In this document: positions 32,361 to 41,875 of the stretch, piece by piece
Layout of the letters: each line of letters opens with the position of its first letter
Position numbering within the stretch: position 1 is the first letter of the stretch
Assembly: GCA_963803435.1 (NCBI GenBank)
Contig: CAWDML010000004.1
Coordinates: 1 to 64,000 of the forward strand
Reading direction: 5' to 3'
Length of the DNA stretch: 64,000 nucleotides
Origin: an uncultured delta proteobacterium
Lineage (GTDB): Bacteria; Myxococcota; Kuafuiibacteriia; Kuafuiibacteriales; Kuafuiibacteriaceae
Notes under the pieces: generated by a model
The model's input: only the letters and a program-made list of their open reading frames with translations
Databases searched by the model: none
What the model was told of the DNA's origin: nothing
Translations under genes and position numbers: made by a program

Positions 32361-33315
32361 GGAGCGAGCGCGCACGATCGACCAAGAGGAAGACGAGCGG
32401 CTGGGCGTTGAAGAGACTGAAGAGGACATCCCAGCGGAGCTCGCTCGCCGTGAATCCCGCCTTGCCCGCATTCGAGAAGCGAAGGCTGCGCTGGAACAGG
32501 ATGCCGCCAGGGCTCGCGCGGAGAAATTGCGCAGGCAAGCCGAAGAGCAGCAGAGCAAAGCGGATGATGCTCTTGTGGATCGGGTGGAGCAGAAGCGAGC
32601 GAGAACTCGAGCCGAGAAGGCAAGAGCGCAGGCTGACCAGCTCGAACCATCCCCAGACCCAACTGAACGAAATGATGGATGGCCGCATCATCGCGTTCCT
32701 GCCAATGTGGACGGCACACCGAGGCCCCACGCTCAGAGGAACTTCACCGACTCAGACAGCAGGATCATGTTGAAGGAGGGAGCGTACCTCCAGGCCTACA
32801 ATGCCCAAGTTGTCGTAGATGAGCACGCTCAGGTGATTGTCGCCGAAGGGGTCAGCAACCAGGCACCTGATCAGCAACACCTCGTCCCGATGCTCCGTGA
32901 TGTGTTCGGCAACTGCGGCGATGCTCCGCGGAAGATGACGGCAGACAACGGCTATCCTGAGCGCGACCAACATCGAATTCTGCGACAACAATCAGATCGA
33001 TGCCCACATCGCTGTTGGACGCGAACAGAACCAAGACGCGTCGACTCCGTCCTCATCAGCTTCGGAGCCCACACCTGCCTCGCTCGCTCGCAAGCGAATG
33101 CGAGACAAGTTGCAAACGCGCGACGGCAAGGCGGTCTACGCCCGCAGGAAGAGTATCGTCGAACCGGCGCTCGGACAGATCAAAGGGGCACGAGGATTCC
33201 GCCGGTTCTCGCTACGCTCCTTCTTCAAGGTACGACCGAGTGGACGCTCGTCTGCCTCACCCACAACCTGCTCAAGCTCTACCGATCGAAGCTCGCGACC
33301 GTCGCGAGCGTCTGA
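32360..33315 (+). pseudogene. IS1182-family transposase, 5'-truncated and frameshifted
   Basis: 'PAELARRESRLARIREAKAALE', 'QRNFTDSDSRIM', 'QAYNAQVVVD', 'ADNGY', 'YARRKSIVEP'. Confidence 0.88.
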
Positions 33316-33401
33316 CTCAAGGCAGCCATCTTCAGATCGGGACCCGGACCGGGACCGGGACCCGGACCGGGCTCGCGTGAGCGCTTACGTGCTACACGCT
33401 C

Positions 33402-34343
33402 CTAGAAGGTCCCTGCGAGCCCGAACGTCGCGCCCCCACGATCGGTGGGCGCGACGGTCGGGGCCAGCGAGACCCCGACGCTCGTCGTCCGCTCGGGCTC
33501 CAGCTTCTGCCAGGACAGGGCCGCCGCATCGACGGCCGGCACCACCACGAACATGATCAGGCCGCCCACCACCGCGAGGGGGGTGGCGTCCGAGCAGACC
33601 CGGGCCTCATCGCAGATCCCGATCGTCCCCAGCACGGTCAGCGCAGGGACGGCGACGCGGAGGCCCATGCTGAGGAGCCCCATCCCGACGTTCTCGTGAA
33701 AGAAGTGGGTGAGCGGCGTTCCGATCCCGTAGCCGACCAGGCCGAGGCCGCCCAGGATCGACGACTTGCTCGTGAAGGCCACCAGGACCAGCGAGGCGGC
33801 GTCGGAGGCGAGCCCCTGCCAGCCGTACCACTTGCGCGTGCGCGGCCGCCGCGGGACGCGCCGGAGCCTCCGCTTGATGCGGGCGCGGGTCGGGGAGTCG
33901 CTGATCGCGCGGCGTCCCGCGTCGAGGGCGACCCTGGCGGTGTGCGTCGCGCCGTCTCCCGTCATCCACTCGACGATCACGGGCTGGCCGGCGTGCTTCT
34001 CCGCCATGACGGCGACGTAGCCTCTCCGGTTCGCCACCCGCACGCCGTCGATCGAGACGAGCGTGTCCCACTTCACGATACCCGCGCGCTCCGCCGGGCC
34101 GTCGGGCTTGAGCGACTTGATCCGCACGTGCCCGCCCAGGTCGACGACGTTGATGCCGAGGATGCCGCGGCCCTTGCCGATGGGGGTGTGCAGCGGCGGT
34201 GGTGGCGGTGCGATCGTGCTGGTGGCGGCGGAGGTCGACGTGAGAGCATCGAGCTCACGAAAGATCTTCGGCCCGCCCGGATCCTCCTGCGCGTACGCGG
34301 AGCTCGCCACCAGGAGGCCGACGGCAATGATGGGGAGCCGCAT
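33402..34343 (-). CDS. PDZ-domain exported/membrane protein
   Basis: Signal peptide; 'LGINV..GPAERAGI..D.LVSIDG'; hydrophobic C-terminus ending GLAGTF. Confidence 0.75.
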   Translation of the reverse strand: MRLPIIAVGLLVASSAYAQEDPGGPKIFRELDALTSTSAATSTIAPPPPPLHTPIGKGRGILGINVVDLGGHVRIKSLKPDGPAERAGIVKWDTLVSIDGVRVANRRGYVAVMAEKHAGQPVIVEWMTGDGATHTARVALDAGRRAISDSPTRARIKRRLRRVPRRPRTRKWYGWQGLASDAASLVLVAFTSKSSILGGLGLVGYGIGTPLTHFFHENVGMGLLSMGLRVAVPALTVLGTIGICDEARVCSDATPLAVVGGLIMFVVVPAVDAAALSWQKLEPERTTSVGVSLAPTVAPTDRGGATFGLAGTF

Positions 34344-34843
34344 CAGATCGTGAGCGTAACCTGCACGCCGAAGCCGACCCAGTCGTAGCCGCCGGGGCTC
34401 TTGATATGATTGAACGAGCCCCATATCCCCAGATCGATGAGCGGGAGCGTCGTGAAGTCGAGCCCGCCGCCGACCTCGTACACCAGGCCGCTGGTGTCGA
34501 GCTGGCCGTGGGCTCCGAGCGGCGCGCCGTATCCGACATGCGCGAAGCCGACGATCGCCAGGACCGCGATTCCGAGCGAGGCCCGCACGCCGACCATCGG
34601 CCGCAGCTCGTTCACCTGCAGCTGGAGCGGCATCCGATCGTAGGCGACCTTGACCTCCGGGATGATGTGGATGATCGCGAGGTCGATGTCGTAACCGAGG
34701 CGCCCCGCGAAGCCGAACCCGAAGCGCTTGGCGGTGAAGATCGCGCCGGCCTCGGCGCCGATCGAGATGTCCGCCAGCGCCGTGCGCGCCGAGGTGGCGG
34801 CGAGCAGAACGACCGCGATTTGGACGAGCTTCCGGTGTGCCAT
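34343..34843 (-). CDS. Small outer-membrane beta-barrel protein
   Basis: Signal peptide followed by amphipathic beta-strands; stop overlaps the start of the PDZ gene. Confidence 0.65.
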   Translation of the reverse strand: MAHRKLVQIAVVLLAATSARTALADISIGAEAGAIFTAKRFGFGFAGRLGYDIDLAIIHIIPEVKVAYDRMPLQLQVNELRPMVGVRASLGIAVLAIVGFAHVGYGAPLGAHGQLDTSGLVYEVGGGLDFTTLPLIDLGIWGSFNHIKSPGGYDWVGFGVQVTLTI

Positions 34844-34954
34844 CGGCCCAAGTCCACGCTGGGACGAGGCGAAACGCAACCGTGTGGAAGCGCTCACTAG
34901 ATCTTTCAGGGAGGCCCGTGTTAGGCCGTTCGGCCCGAGAGGAGACATGCACCG

Positions 34955-35872
34955 ATGACCACCGATCGCGTGAAAGAGATCCTGAGCTGGTATGGCTCGG
35001 AGAACGCCGGCGTCCTCAACAACCTGGCCCGCATCATGAACAACGGACGGCTCGCCGGAACCGGAAAGTTCGTGATCCTGCCCGTCGACCAGGGCTTCGA
35101 ACACGGCCCGGCGCGCTCCTTCGCGCCCAATCCACCTGGGTACGATCCCCGGTACCACTTCGAGCTCGCGATCGACTCGGGGTGCAACGCCTATGCAGCG
35201 CCGCTCGGGTTCATCCGGGCCGGCGCCTCCGAGTTTGCCGGTGCGATCCCGACGATCCTCAAGCTCAACAACAGCGACGTCCTCGCGTCCGCCGAGGATC
35301 CCTGCCCTGCGATCACCGCGTCGGTGCAGGACGCGCTCGAGCTCGGGTGCAGCGCCATCGGCTTCACCATCTATCCCGGCTCTGCGTTCCGGAACGAGAT
35401 GTACCAGGAGATCCGCGAGATCTCGGAGGAGGCGCGGGCGGTCGGACTCCCCACCGTGATGTGGTCGTACCCGCGGGGCAGCGGCCTGTCGAAGGACGGG
35501 GAGACCGCGATCGACGTCGTCGCCTACGGCGCGCACATCGCGTGTCAGCTCGGGGCGCACATCGTGAAGGTGAAGCCGCCGAGCGCGAAGCTCGAGCAGG
35601 CGGACGCCAAGAAGGCCTACGAGAAGGCCGGCATCAAGGTGGACACGCTCGCCGATCGGATTCGCCACGTGGTCCAGTCCTCGTTCAACGGCCGCCGCAT
35701 CGTGATCTTCTCGGGCGGCGCTGCGAAGGGTGAGGCCGAGATCCTGGAAGAGACCCGCCAGATCCACGCAGGCGGCGGCTTCGGATCGATCATGGGGCGA
35801 AACAGCTTCCAGCGGAGCAAGGCCGACGGGGTGGGGCTGCTCCACAAGATCATGGACATCTACCGGACCTGA
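34955..35872 (+). CDS. fbaB: Class I fructose-bisphosphate aldolase (DhnA/FbaB type)
   Basis: 'ILPVDQGFEHGP', 'WSYPRG', 'GAHIVKVK', 'GSIMGRNSFQR'. Confidence 0.92.
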   Translation: MTTDRVKEILSWYGSENAGVLNNLARIMNNGRLAGTGKFVILPVDQGFEHGPARSFAPNPPGYDPRYHFELAIDSGCNAYAAPLGFIRAGASEFAGAIPTILKLNNSDVLASAEDPCPAITASVQDALELGCSAIGFTIYPGSAFRNEMYQEIREISEEARAVGLPTVMWSYPRGSGLSKDGETAIDVVAYGAHIACQLGAHIVKVKPPSAKLEQADAKKAYEKAGIKVDTLADRIRHVVQSSFNGRRIVIFSGGAAKGEAEILEETRQIHAGGGFGSIMGRNSFQRSKADGVGLLHKIMDIYRT

Positions 35873-35887
35873 TCGCACCCTTCGGAG

Positions 35888-38226
35888 GTGAGTCACATCC
35901 TCGGGAAACGACTCCGAAAGTCCGAAGGCGTCGCCAAGGCCACCGGCCGGACGATCTACGCGGACGACCTCCGTCTCCCGGGCATGCTCCACGCCAAGAT
36001 CCTGCGCAGCCCGCACGCGCACGCCCGCATCCTTCGCATCGACATGGACAAGGCCGCCCAGCACCCCGGCGTCCGGGGCGTCCTGGTCGGGGCCGAGATC
36101 CCGCTCCGGTACGGGATCATCCCCTGGACGCAGGACGAGCAGGCCCTGGCGGTCGACAAGGCGCGCTTCGTCGGGGACGGCGTCGCGGCCATCGCGGCGG
36201 TGGACGAGGACAGCGCCAACGAGGCGCTCGATCTGATCGAGGTCGACTACGAGGTGTTGCCGGCGCTCCTCGATCCTGAAGAGGCCTTCCAGCGCACCGA
36301 CGTCATCATCCACGACTACGACCAGAAGAAGCGCAAGGGGAATGTGTCGAAGCAGGTCGACCTCACCTTTGGAGAGGTCGACGAGGCGATCGGCGAGGCC
36401 GACGTGGTCGTGCACGGCGACTACTTCTTCGAGGGCACCACCCACGCGCCGATCGAGCCCCACTGCGCCGTCGCGGTCTGGGAGGCGCAAGGCAGGTTGA
36501 CGCTGTGGTCGTCGACGCAGGTACCGCACTATCTCCATCGTGAGCTGGCCCGGGTCCTCGACCTCAAGCCGTCCCAGATCCGCGTGATCCAGCCGGCGCT
36601 TGGCGGCGCGTTCGGCGGCAAGAGCGAGCCGTTCGATCTCGAGTTCGTGGTGGCGAAGCTGGCCATGAAGACCGGCCGCCCGGTGAAGCTGCTCTACACT
36701 CGGGAGGAAGTCTTCTACTCGCACCGCGGGCGTCATCCGATGTTGATGCACTTCAGCACCGGCGCGTCGCGGGACGGAAAGCTCGAGGGCGTGCGCTCCC
36801 GGATCTTGATCGACGGTGGCGCGTACTCGTCGTTCGGTCTGGTCACCGCCTACTACGCCGGGCAGCTCCTGACGGGGCCGTACCACTTCCCGACGTACGG
36901 CTTCGAGGCCACGCGGGTGTACACCAACAAGCCCTGCTGCGGGCCGAAGCGCGGCCACGGGAGCGTGCAGCCCCGCTTCGCCTTCGAGGTTCAGCTGGAC
37001 GAGCTGGCCGAGAAGCTGGGCATCGATCCGATCGAGCTCCGGCGGCGGAACTTCGTCGGCGAGCACACGGATACCGTGAACGGCCAGCGGATCACCTCCA
37101 ACGGCTTCCTCCAGTGCCTCGACATGGTGGAGAAGGCGTCGGGCTGGAAGACGCGGCGCGGCAAGCTCCCCCGCGGGTCGCGGGCTGGGCGTGGCCGGCT
37201 CGATGTACATCTCGGGGACGGCGTATCCGATCTACCCGAACGACATGCCGCAGTCGGCGGTGATGATCCGGATCGATCGCAGCGGCGTGATCGCCGTGCA
37301 CTGCGGCGCGTCCGACATCGGACAGGGCTCCGACTCGATGCTTCAGTACATCGCCGCCGAGGAGCTGGGAGCGCCGCTCTCAGCCGTCCGCGTCATCAGC
37401 TCGGACACGGATCTGCCCCGGTGGATCTCGGTGCCTACTCGAGCCGCGGTACCTTCATGGTGGGCAACGCCGCCATCGAGGCCTGCCGCAAGCTCAAGGC
37501 CATGATCCAGGAGGCGGTCGCCGCTGAGTGGAACCTCGCGCCCAAGCAGATCGAGCTCGCGGGCGGCGACGCCATGTTCGTCGGCGACACCGGGATGCGG
37601 ATGCCAATCGAGAAGGCCTATCAGCTCGCCGAGGTGAAGTTCGGATCGCTGGCGGCGACCGGGAGCTATCGGACCGAGAAGCTCGGCGGAAACTATCGTG
37701 GCGGCACCATCGGTGCGTCGCCGGCCTACTCGTTCACCGCGCACGTCGTGGAGGTCTCGGTCGACGAGGAGACGGGCATGATCGCCGTCGAGAAGATCTG
37801 GATCGCGCACGACTGCGGCAAGGCGCTCGCGCCGGTGCTGGTCGAGGGCCAGATGGAGGGCTCGGCGTACATGGGTGCGGCCGAGGCGATCATGGAAGCG
37901 CAAATCTTTCACGAGAGCGGCCTCCACACCTCGCCCTCGCTCCTCGACTACAAGATGCCCACGTCGATGGACGTCCCCGACATGCAGTCGCTGATCGTGG
38001 AGTCCGATCGATCCCAAAGGGCCCTACGGTGCCAAGGAGGCCGGCGAGGGCCCGCTCCACCCCGCGATTCCAGCCATCAGCAACGCCGATCTTCGACGCG
38101 GTCGGAATCCGACTGCGCCGAACCCCCTTTCGCCCCATGGACGTGCTGGCGGCGCTGCGGAGCGACCTGGTCGACGGGTCAATAGTTGGCGCGGACCAAC
38201 CCTGGCTGGATGGGCTAAGTCCCTAA
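35888..38226 (+). CDS. Xanthine dehydrogenase-family molybdopterin-binding subunit (HcrA-like), frameshifted
   Basis: 'RSPHAHARI', 'GGAFGGK', 'RGHGSVQ', 'DIGQGS', 'AHDCG..VEGQMEG', 'LLDYK'. Confidence 0.85.
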
Positions 38227-38475
38227 AGTCTGAGCTTTTTCCAAACAAAACTCTGCCGCCGCACGCTATCGTCCCTCCGCTGTGCGGTGACGCAGAGCAT
38301 CATCGGACCCGGGGCGGAACACGCACATGGATTCGGACGAAGTCGTGCGGGCCCATCAGGCGCGCTGGCAAGGACAGGCGGGCTCGGGTTCAATGGTCGG
38401 AGCGGTTTCACACGACGCGCGATCGGTGAGGTTCGAGCCAGGGGGAACGGTTCGAGTCTCGAGACTGGGGGGTTC

Positions 38476-39243
38476 ATGAGTGCGAGCATCTTGATCGTAG
38501 AGAATGAGGCCGTCGTTGCGACGGACCTCGAGCAGCGTTTGGGCGGGTTGGGCTATTCGATAGCCACTGTCAACAACGTGGAGGAGGCGTACGCGAAGGC
38601 GATCGAGCTTCATCCCAATCTGGTCCTGATGGATATCTCACTTGGGAGCAGCGACGGCATCGACGCTGCGAAACGGATTCGGATGAAGGTCGATGTGCCG
38701 ATCGTTTACCTGACCGCGCAGGCGGATGTCGCGACCCTCGAGCGGGCCAAGGTGACCGAGCCCGTAGGATACCTGGTCAAGCCGTGCAACGAGCGCGAGC
38801 TCCACGCGACGATCGAGCTGGCGCTGTATCGTCACGAGAAGGATCGGCGGCTGCGGAAGATGGCGGATACCGTCGTCGAAGCGCTCAACTACATCGACGA
38901 TCCGGTGTTCATGGCGGACGAACGGGGCAATCTCACCTTCATGAACGGGCCTGCGCGCTTGATGCTGGAAAAGACGGGAACGCCGCTCGATCGGGCCTCC
39001 GTCCTGAAGATGCTCTCGAATCGCCCGGCCAACGGCCACCACCTCCCGAAGGGGATGGATGCGCTCTCACGCCGGGAGCAGGAGGTCCTCGGCTGGTTTC
39101 TCCGGGGCTTTGGAACAGCGACGATCGGGAGCCGTCTCCACGTCAGCCCGCAGACGGTTCGCAATCACCTGAAGAACGTCTGCCGTAAGCTCGACGTCCG
39201 ATCGCAAGTCGAGTTGCGCGAGCTCTTCGCCGAAGAGGCTTAG
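38476..39243 (+). CDS. Response regulator (REC + PAS-like + LuxR HTH)
   Basis: 'VLMDI', 'YLTA', 'GYLVKP'; 'LSRREQEVL..TVRNHLKNVCRKL'. Confidence 0.88.
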   Translation: MSASILIVENEAVVATDLEQRLGGLGYSIATVNNVEEAYAKAIELHPNLVLMDISLGSSDGIDAAKRIRMKVDVPIVYLTAQADVATLERAKVTEPVGYLVKPCNERELHATIELALYRHEKDRRLRKMADTVVEALNYIDDPVFMADERGNLTFMNGPARLMLEKTGTPLDRASVLKMLSNRPANGHHLPKGMDALSRREQEVLGWFLRGFGTATIGSRLHVSPQTVRNHLKNVCRKLDVRSQVELRELFAEEA

Positions 39244-39249
39244 TTTAGC

Positions 39250-39792
39250 TTAGCGTTTCATCCGCCCGATGGCGGACAGATTCACGAAGTTGATCACGAA
39301 GTGCGCCACGATGGCCGCGGTGAGATGACCGCTCACCAGCGTGACGATCCCAAACAGCAGGCCGAGGATGGCGGTGAGCACCGTCCACGGCCGGAGCTCG
39401 GGGCGCGGCGGCCAGTGCGCCAGGCCGAAGATCAGCGTGGTCGGGAGCAGCCCCAGCGTCGGAAGCATCGCGCCGCGGAAGAGCATCTCCTCGGCGAAGC
39501 CGGAGAGCAGCGCCAGGATCAACGCGTCGCGCAGCGTGATCTCGCCGAGCACTTCGGAGAACCAGTCGGCCAGCGACTGAGCCCACGGGAAGCGATCGAG
39601 AAGGTTGTTCGAGGCGATCACCCCGGCGCCCCCGATCGCCCCGACGATCGCCCACAGGACCACGGAGCCGAACGAGGGAGGATGATCGGTCCAGAAGAGC
39701 GGGTGGCCGCTGATCATCGACCACACCCACGCGACGCCTGCCATGGCGGCGTAGACGGCGAGGGCGGTGGAGAGCAGCCTTTGGCGGGACAT
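39250..39792 (-). CDS. CPBP (CAAX/Abi) intramembrane metalloprotease
   Basis: 'EEMLFRG', 'FGLAH', 'AHFVIN'. Confidence 0.9.
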   Translation of the reverse strand: MSRQRLLSTALAVYAAMAGVAWVWSMISGHPLFWTDHPPSFGSVVLWAIVGAIGGAGVIASNNLLDRFPWAQSLADWFSEVLGEITLRDALILALLSGFAEEMLFRGAMLPTLGLLPTTLIFGLAHWPPRPELRPWTVLTAILGLLFGIVTLVSGHLTAAIVAHFVINFVNLSAIGRMKR

Positions 39793-39936
39793 GGGTCAAT
39801 CCCATGATGGACGACTGACCCGGGTACTTCAACGGCACGGCCGGGGCGGGCGGCCCCGGTTCGCAACCGCGATTGACACCCGCGCAGAGCGCGCCTTGCG
39901 AACCGTGGCATCTTGCGATACCGGGGAGAGCGCGAC

Positions 39937-40446
39937 ATGATCTCCGAGTTCGAGGACGACATCCTCCGATCCCTTCGCCGGATCAGTCGGGCGATCGATC
40001 TCCACAGCCGTTATTTGGCCAGTACGTTCGGGTTGACCGGACCTCAGCTCGTCTGCCTCCGCGCGCTGGGCCAGCGCGGTCTCGCGACGCCGAGCGAGCT
40101 GGCGAAGGAGATCTCGCTCAGCCAGGCCACCATCACCGGGATCATCGACCGCCTGGCGTCCCGCCAACTGGTCACGCGCGAGCGCACCTCCAAGGACCGG
40201 CGGTTGGTGACGGTCCGGCTCACGGACGCAGGTCGCGCGCTGATCGAGCAGGCGCCGTCGCCCCTTCAGGAGCGCTTCCTGGAGAAGCTGCAGGCGCTCA
40301 CCGAGAGCGAGCAGCGGCACATCGGTGAGAGCCTGGAACGGATCGTCCGGATGATGGACGGCGAGGAGATCGAGGCGGCGCCCGCGCTCGCGCGCGTCGA
40401 CGCGGTCGACCTGCTCCCGGAAGAGCCCAATCTCGAGGACGAGTGA
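39937..40446 (+). CDS. MarR-family transcriptional regulator
   Basis: 'GLTGPQL', 'ATITGIIDRL', 'DRRLVTVRLTDAG'. Confidence 0.92.
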   Translation: MISEFEDDILRSLRRISRAIDLHSRYLASTFGLTGPQLVCLRALGQRGLATPSELAKEISLSQATITGIIDRLASRQLVTRERTSKDRRLVTVRLTDAGRALIEQAPSPLQERFLEKLQALTESEQRHIGESLERIVRMMDGEEIEAAPALARVDAVDLLPEEPNLEDE

Positions 40447-40520
40447 CTCGAGCCCCTGGATCCTCCGCGTCTTGACGTAGCGCGGATCCGCGTGCGGTCG
40501 ATGTAGACGTATCTCTACGC

Positions 40521-41873
40521 ATGAGGGCCAGGCTCGTGGTGGCGATGGCGCTGATCGTGGGGTGCGGAGGTCGCGAGCGCCTGCCGAGCCAGGTGCAGAG
40601 GCGTGACTCCGGGGTCGATCCCACCGATGGTGGCGAGCCCTTTCCAGACGGTGGAGAGGTGAAGGACGACCCGGACTCCGGTGTCCCTCCGCCCGACTCG
40701 GGGACGCCGGACTCGGGCGCCGCGATACCGGACGCGGGCGACGTCTGCACGGACGGGCCGTTCAAGCAGGCCCGGGCCGGGGTCTTCTACGGCACGGATT
40801 TGCCCTCGTACGTGACCCTGACCGCCGGGCAGATCCAGGGGATCGGCTCGTTCGACTTCTGCAGCGGGACCCTCATCGCGCCCACCTGGGTGCTGACCGC
40901 CAAGCACTGCGAGGTCGATTTGAGCTCGCCCTTCTGCGTCGGGACCACGCCGAGCAATCCGAACGTCTGCATCAACCCGCTGCGCGTGATCGATCATCCG
41001 AGCGGAGATCTCACCCTGGTCGAGCTGGTGCAGCCGGCCGCCGACCGCCTGGCCACGGTCGAGACGATCCCGGTGCTCACGGAGACGATCGACCTCAGTT
41101 GGGTCGGCCGCATGGCGGAGGCTGCGGGCTACGGCCAGGACGAGAACGGCAACTTCGGCCGGCGTGAGTTCACGGCCGAGCCCATCGCCGACGTCTTCGC
41201 CGACGAGCTCACGATCGATGGCCAGGGGACCCACGGCGTGTGCTTCGGCGATTCGGGTGGACCGGTCATGGTGGTGGCCTCCGACGGCTCGGTGCGCGTG
41301 GGCGGCGCGCTCAGCGACGGCGACGAGTCGTGCGTCGGGATGGACAACTTCACCCGCGTCGACCCGTATCTTCAGTGGATCGAGAGCTATGTCGGCACGG
41401 TCGGGCCTCAGCCGTGCGGCAGCGTCACCTCCGAGGGGCTCTGCTCGCCCGACCGCGGCCGGGCCACCTGGTGCGACGCGAATGGTCAGCTCGCCTCCGC
41501 CGCCTGCGGGCCCTCCGACGTCTGCGGCTGGAGCCAGACCGAGCTGGGGTGGCGCTGCATCGATCCGGCGAGCGATCCGTGTGGAGGCGTGACCTTCGAC
41601 GGGGAGTGCAGCGGGAACATGCTCCGCTGGTGCGATCACGGCCAGCCGCTCGAGCGGGACTGCGGCGCCTGCGCCGAGACCTGCCTGCCCGGAGCGCAGT
41701 CCGGCTATTACTGCGTGGCCTCGAACTGCGGTGACACGGACTACCTCGGTCGGTGCGACGGCAACGTCGCGGTCTGGTGCAGCCTCGAGGGCGTTCTCCA
41801 GCAGGAGAATTGCAGCGCGAGCAACTCGACGTGCAGGTACATCGACGACGAGACCGGCTACTATTGCGACTAG
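40521..41873 (+). CDS. Trypsin-like (S1) serine protease lipoprotein with Cys-rich tail
   Basis: 'CSGTLIAPTWVLTAKHC', 'CFGDSGGP'. Confidence 0.9.
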   Translation: MRARLVVAMALIVGCGGRERLPSQVQRRDSGVDPTDGGEPFPDGGEVKDDPDSGVPPPDSGTPDSGAAIPDAGDVCTDGPFKQARAGVFYGTDLPSYVTLTAGQIQGIGSFDFCSGTLIAPTWVLTAKHCEVDLSSPFCVGTTPSNPNVCINPLRVIDHPSGDLTLVELVQPAADRLATVETIPVLTETIDLSWVGRMAEAAGYGQDENGNFGRREFTAEPIADVFADELTIDGQGTHGVCFGDSGGPVMVVASDGSVRVGGALSDGDESCVGMDNFTRVDPYLQWIESYVGTVGPQPCGSVTSEGLCSPDRGRATWCDANGQLASAACGPSDVCGWSQTELGWRCIDPASDPCGGVTFDGECSGNMLRWCDHGQPLERDCGACAETCLPGAQSGYYCVASNCGDTDYLGRCDGNVAVWCSLEGVLQQENCSASNSTCRYIDDETGYYCD

Positions 41874-41875
41874 CC

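Larger units (their letters stand above)
32085..33401 (+). mobile_element. Non-autonomous IS1182-family derivative, copy 2
   Basis: TIRs GAGCGTGTAGC...GCTACACGCTC; CTAG at 32081-32084 and 33402-33405; inner hexamer arrays; truncated transposase. Confidence 0.88.
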
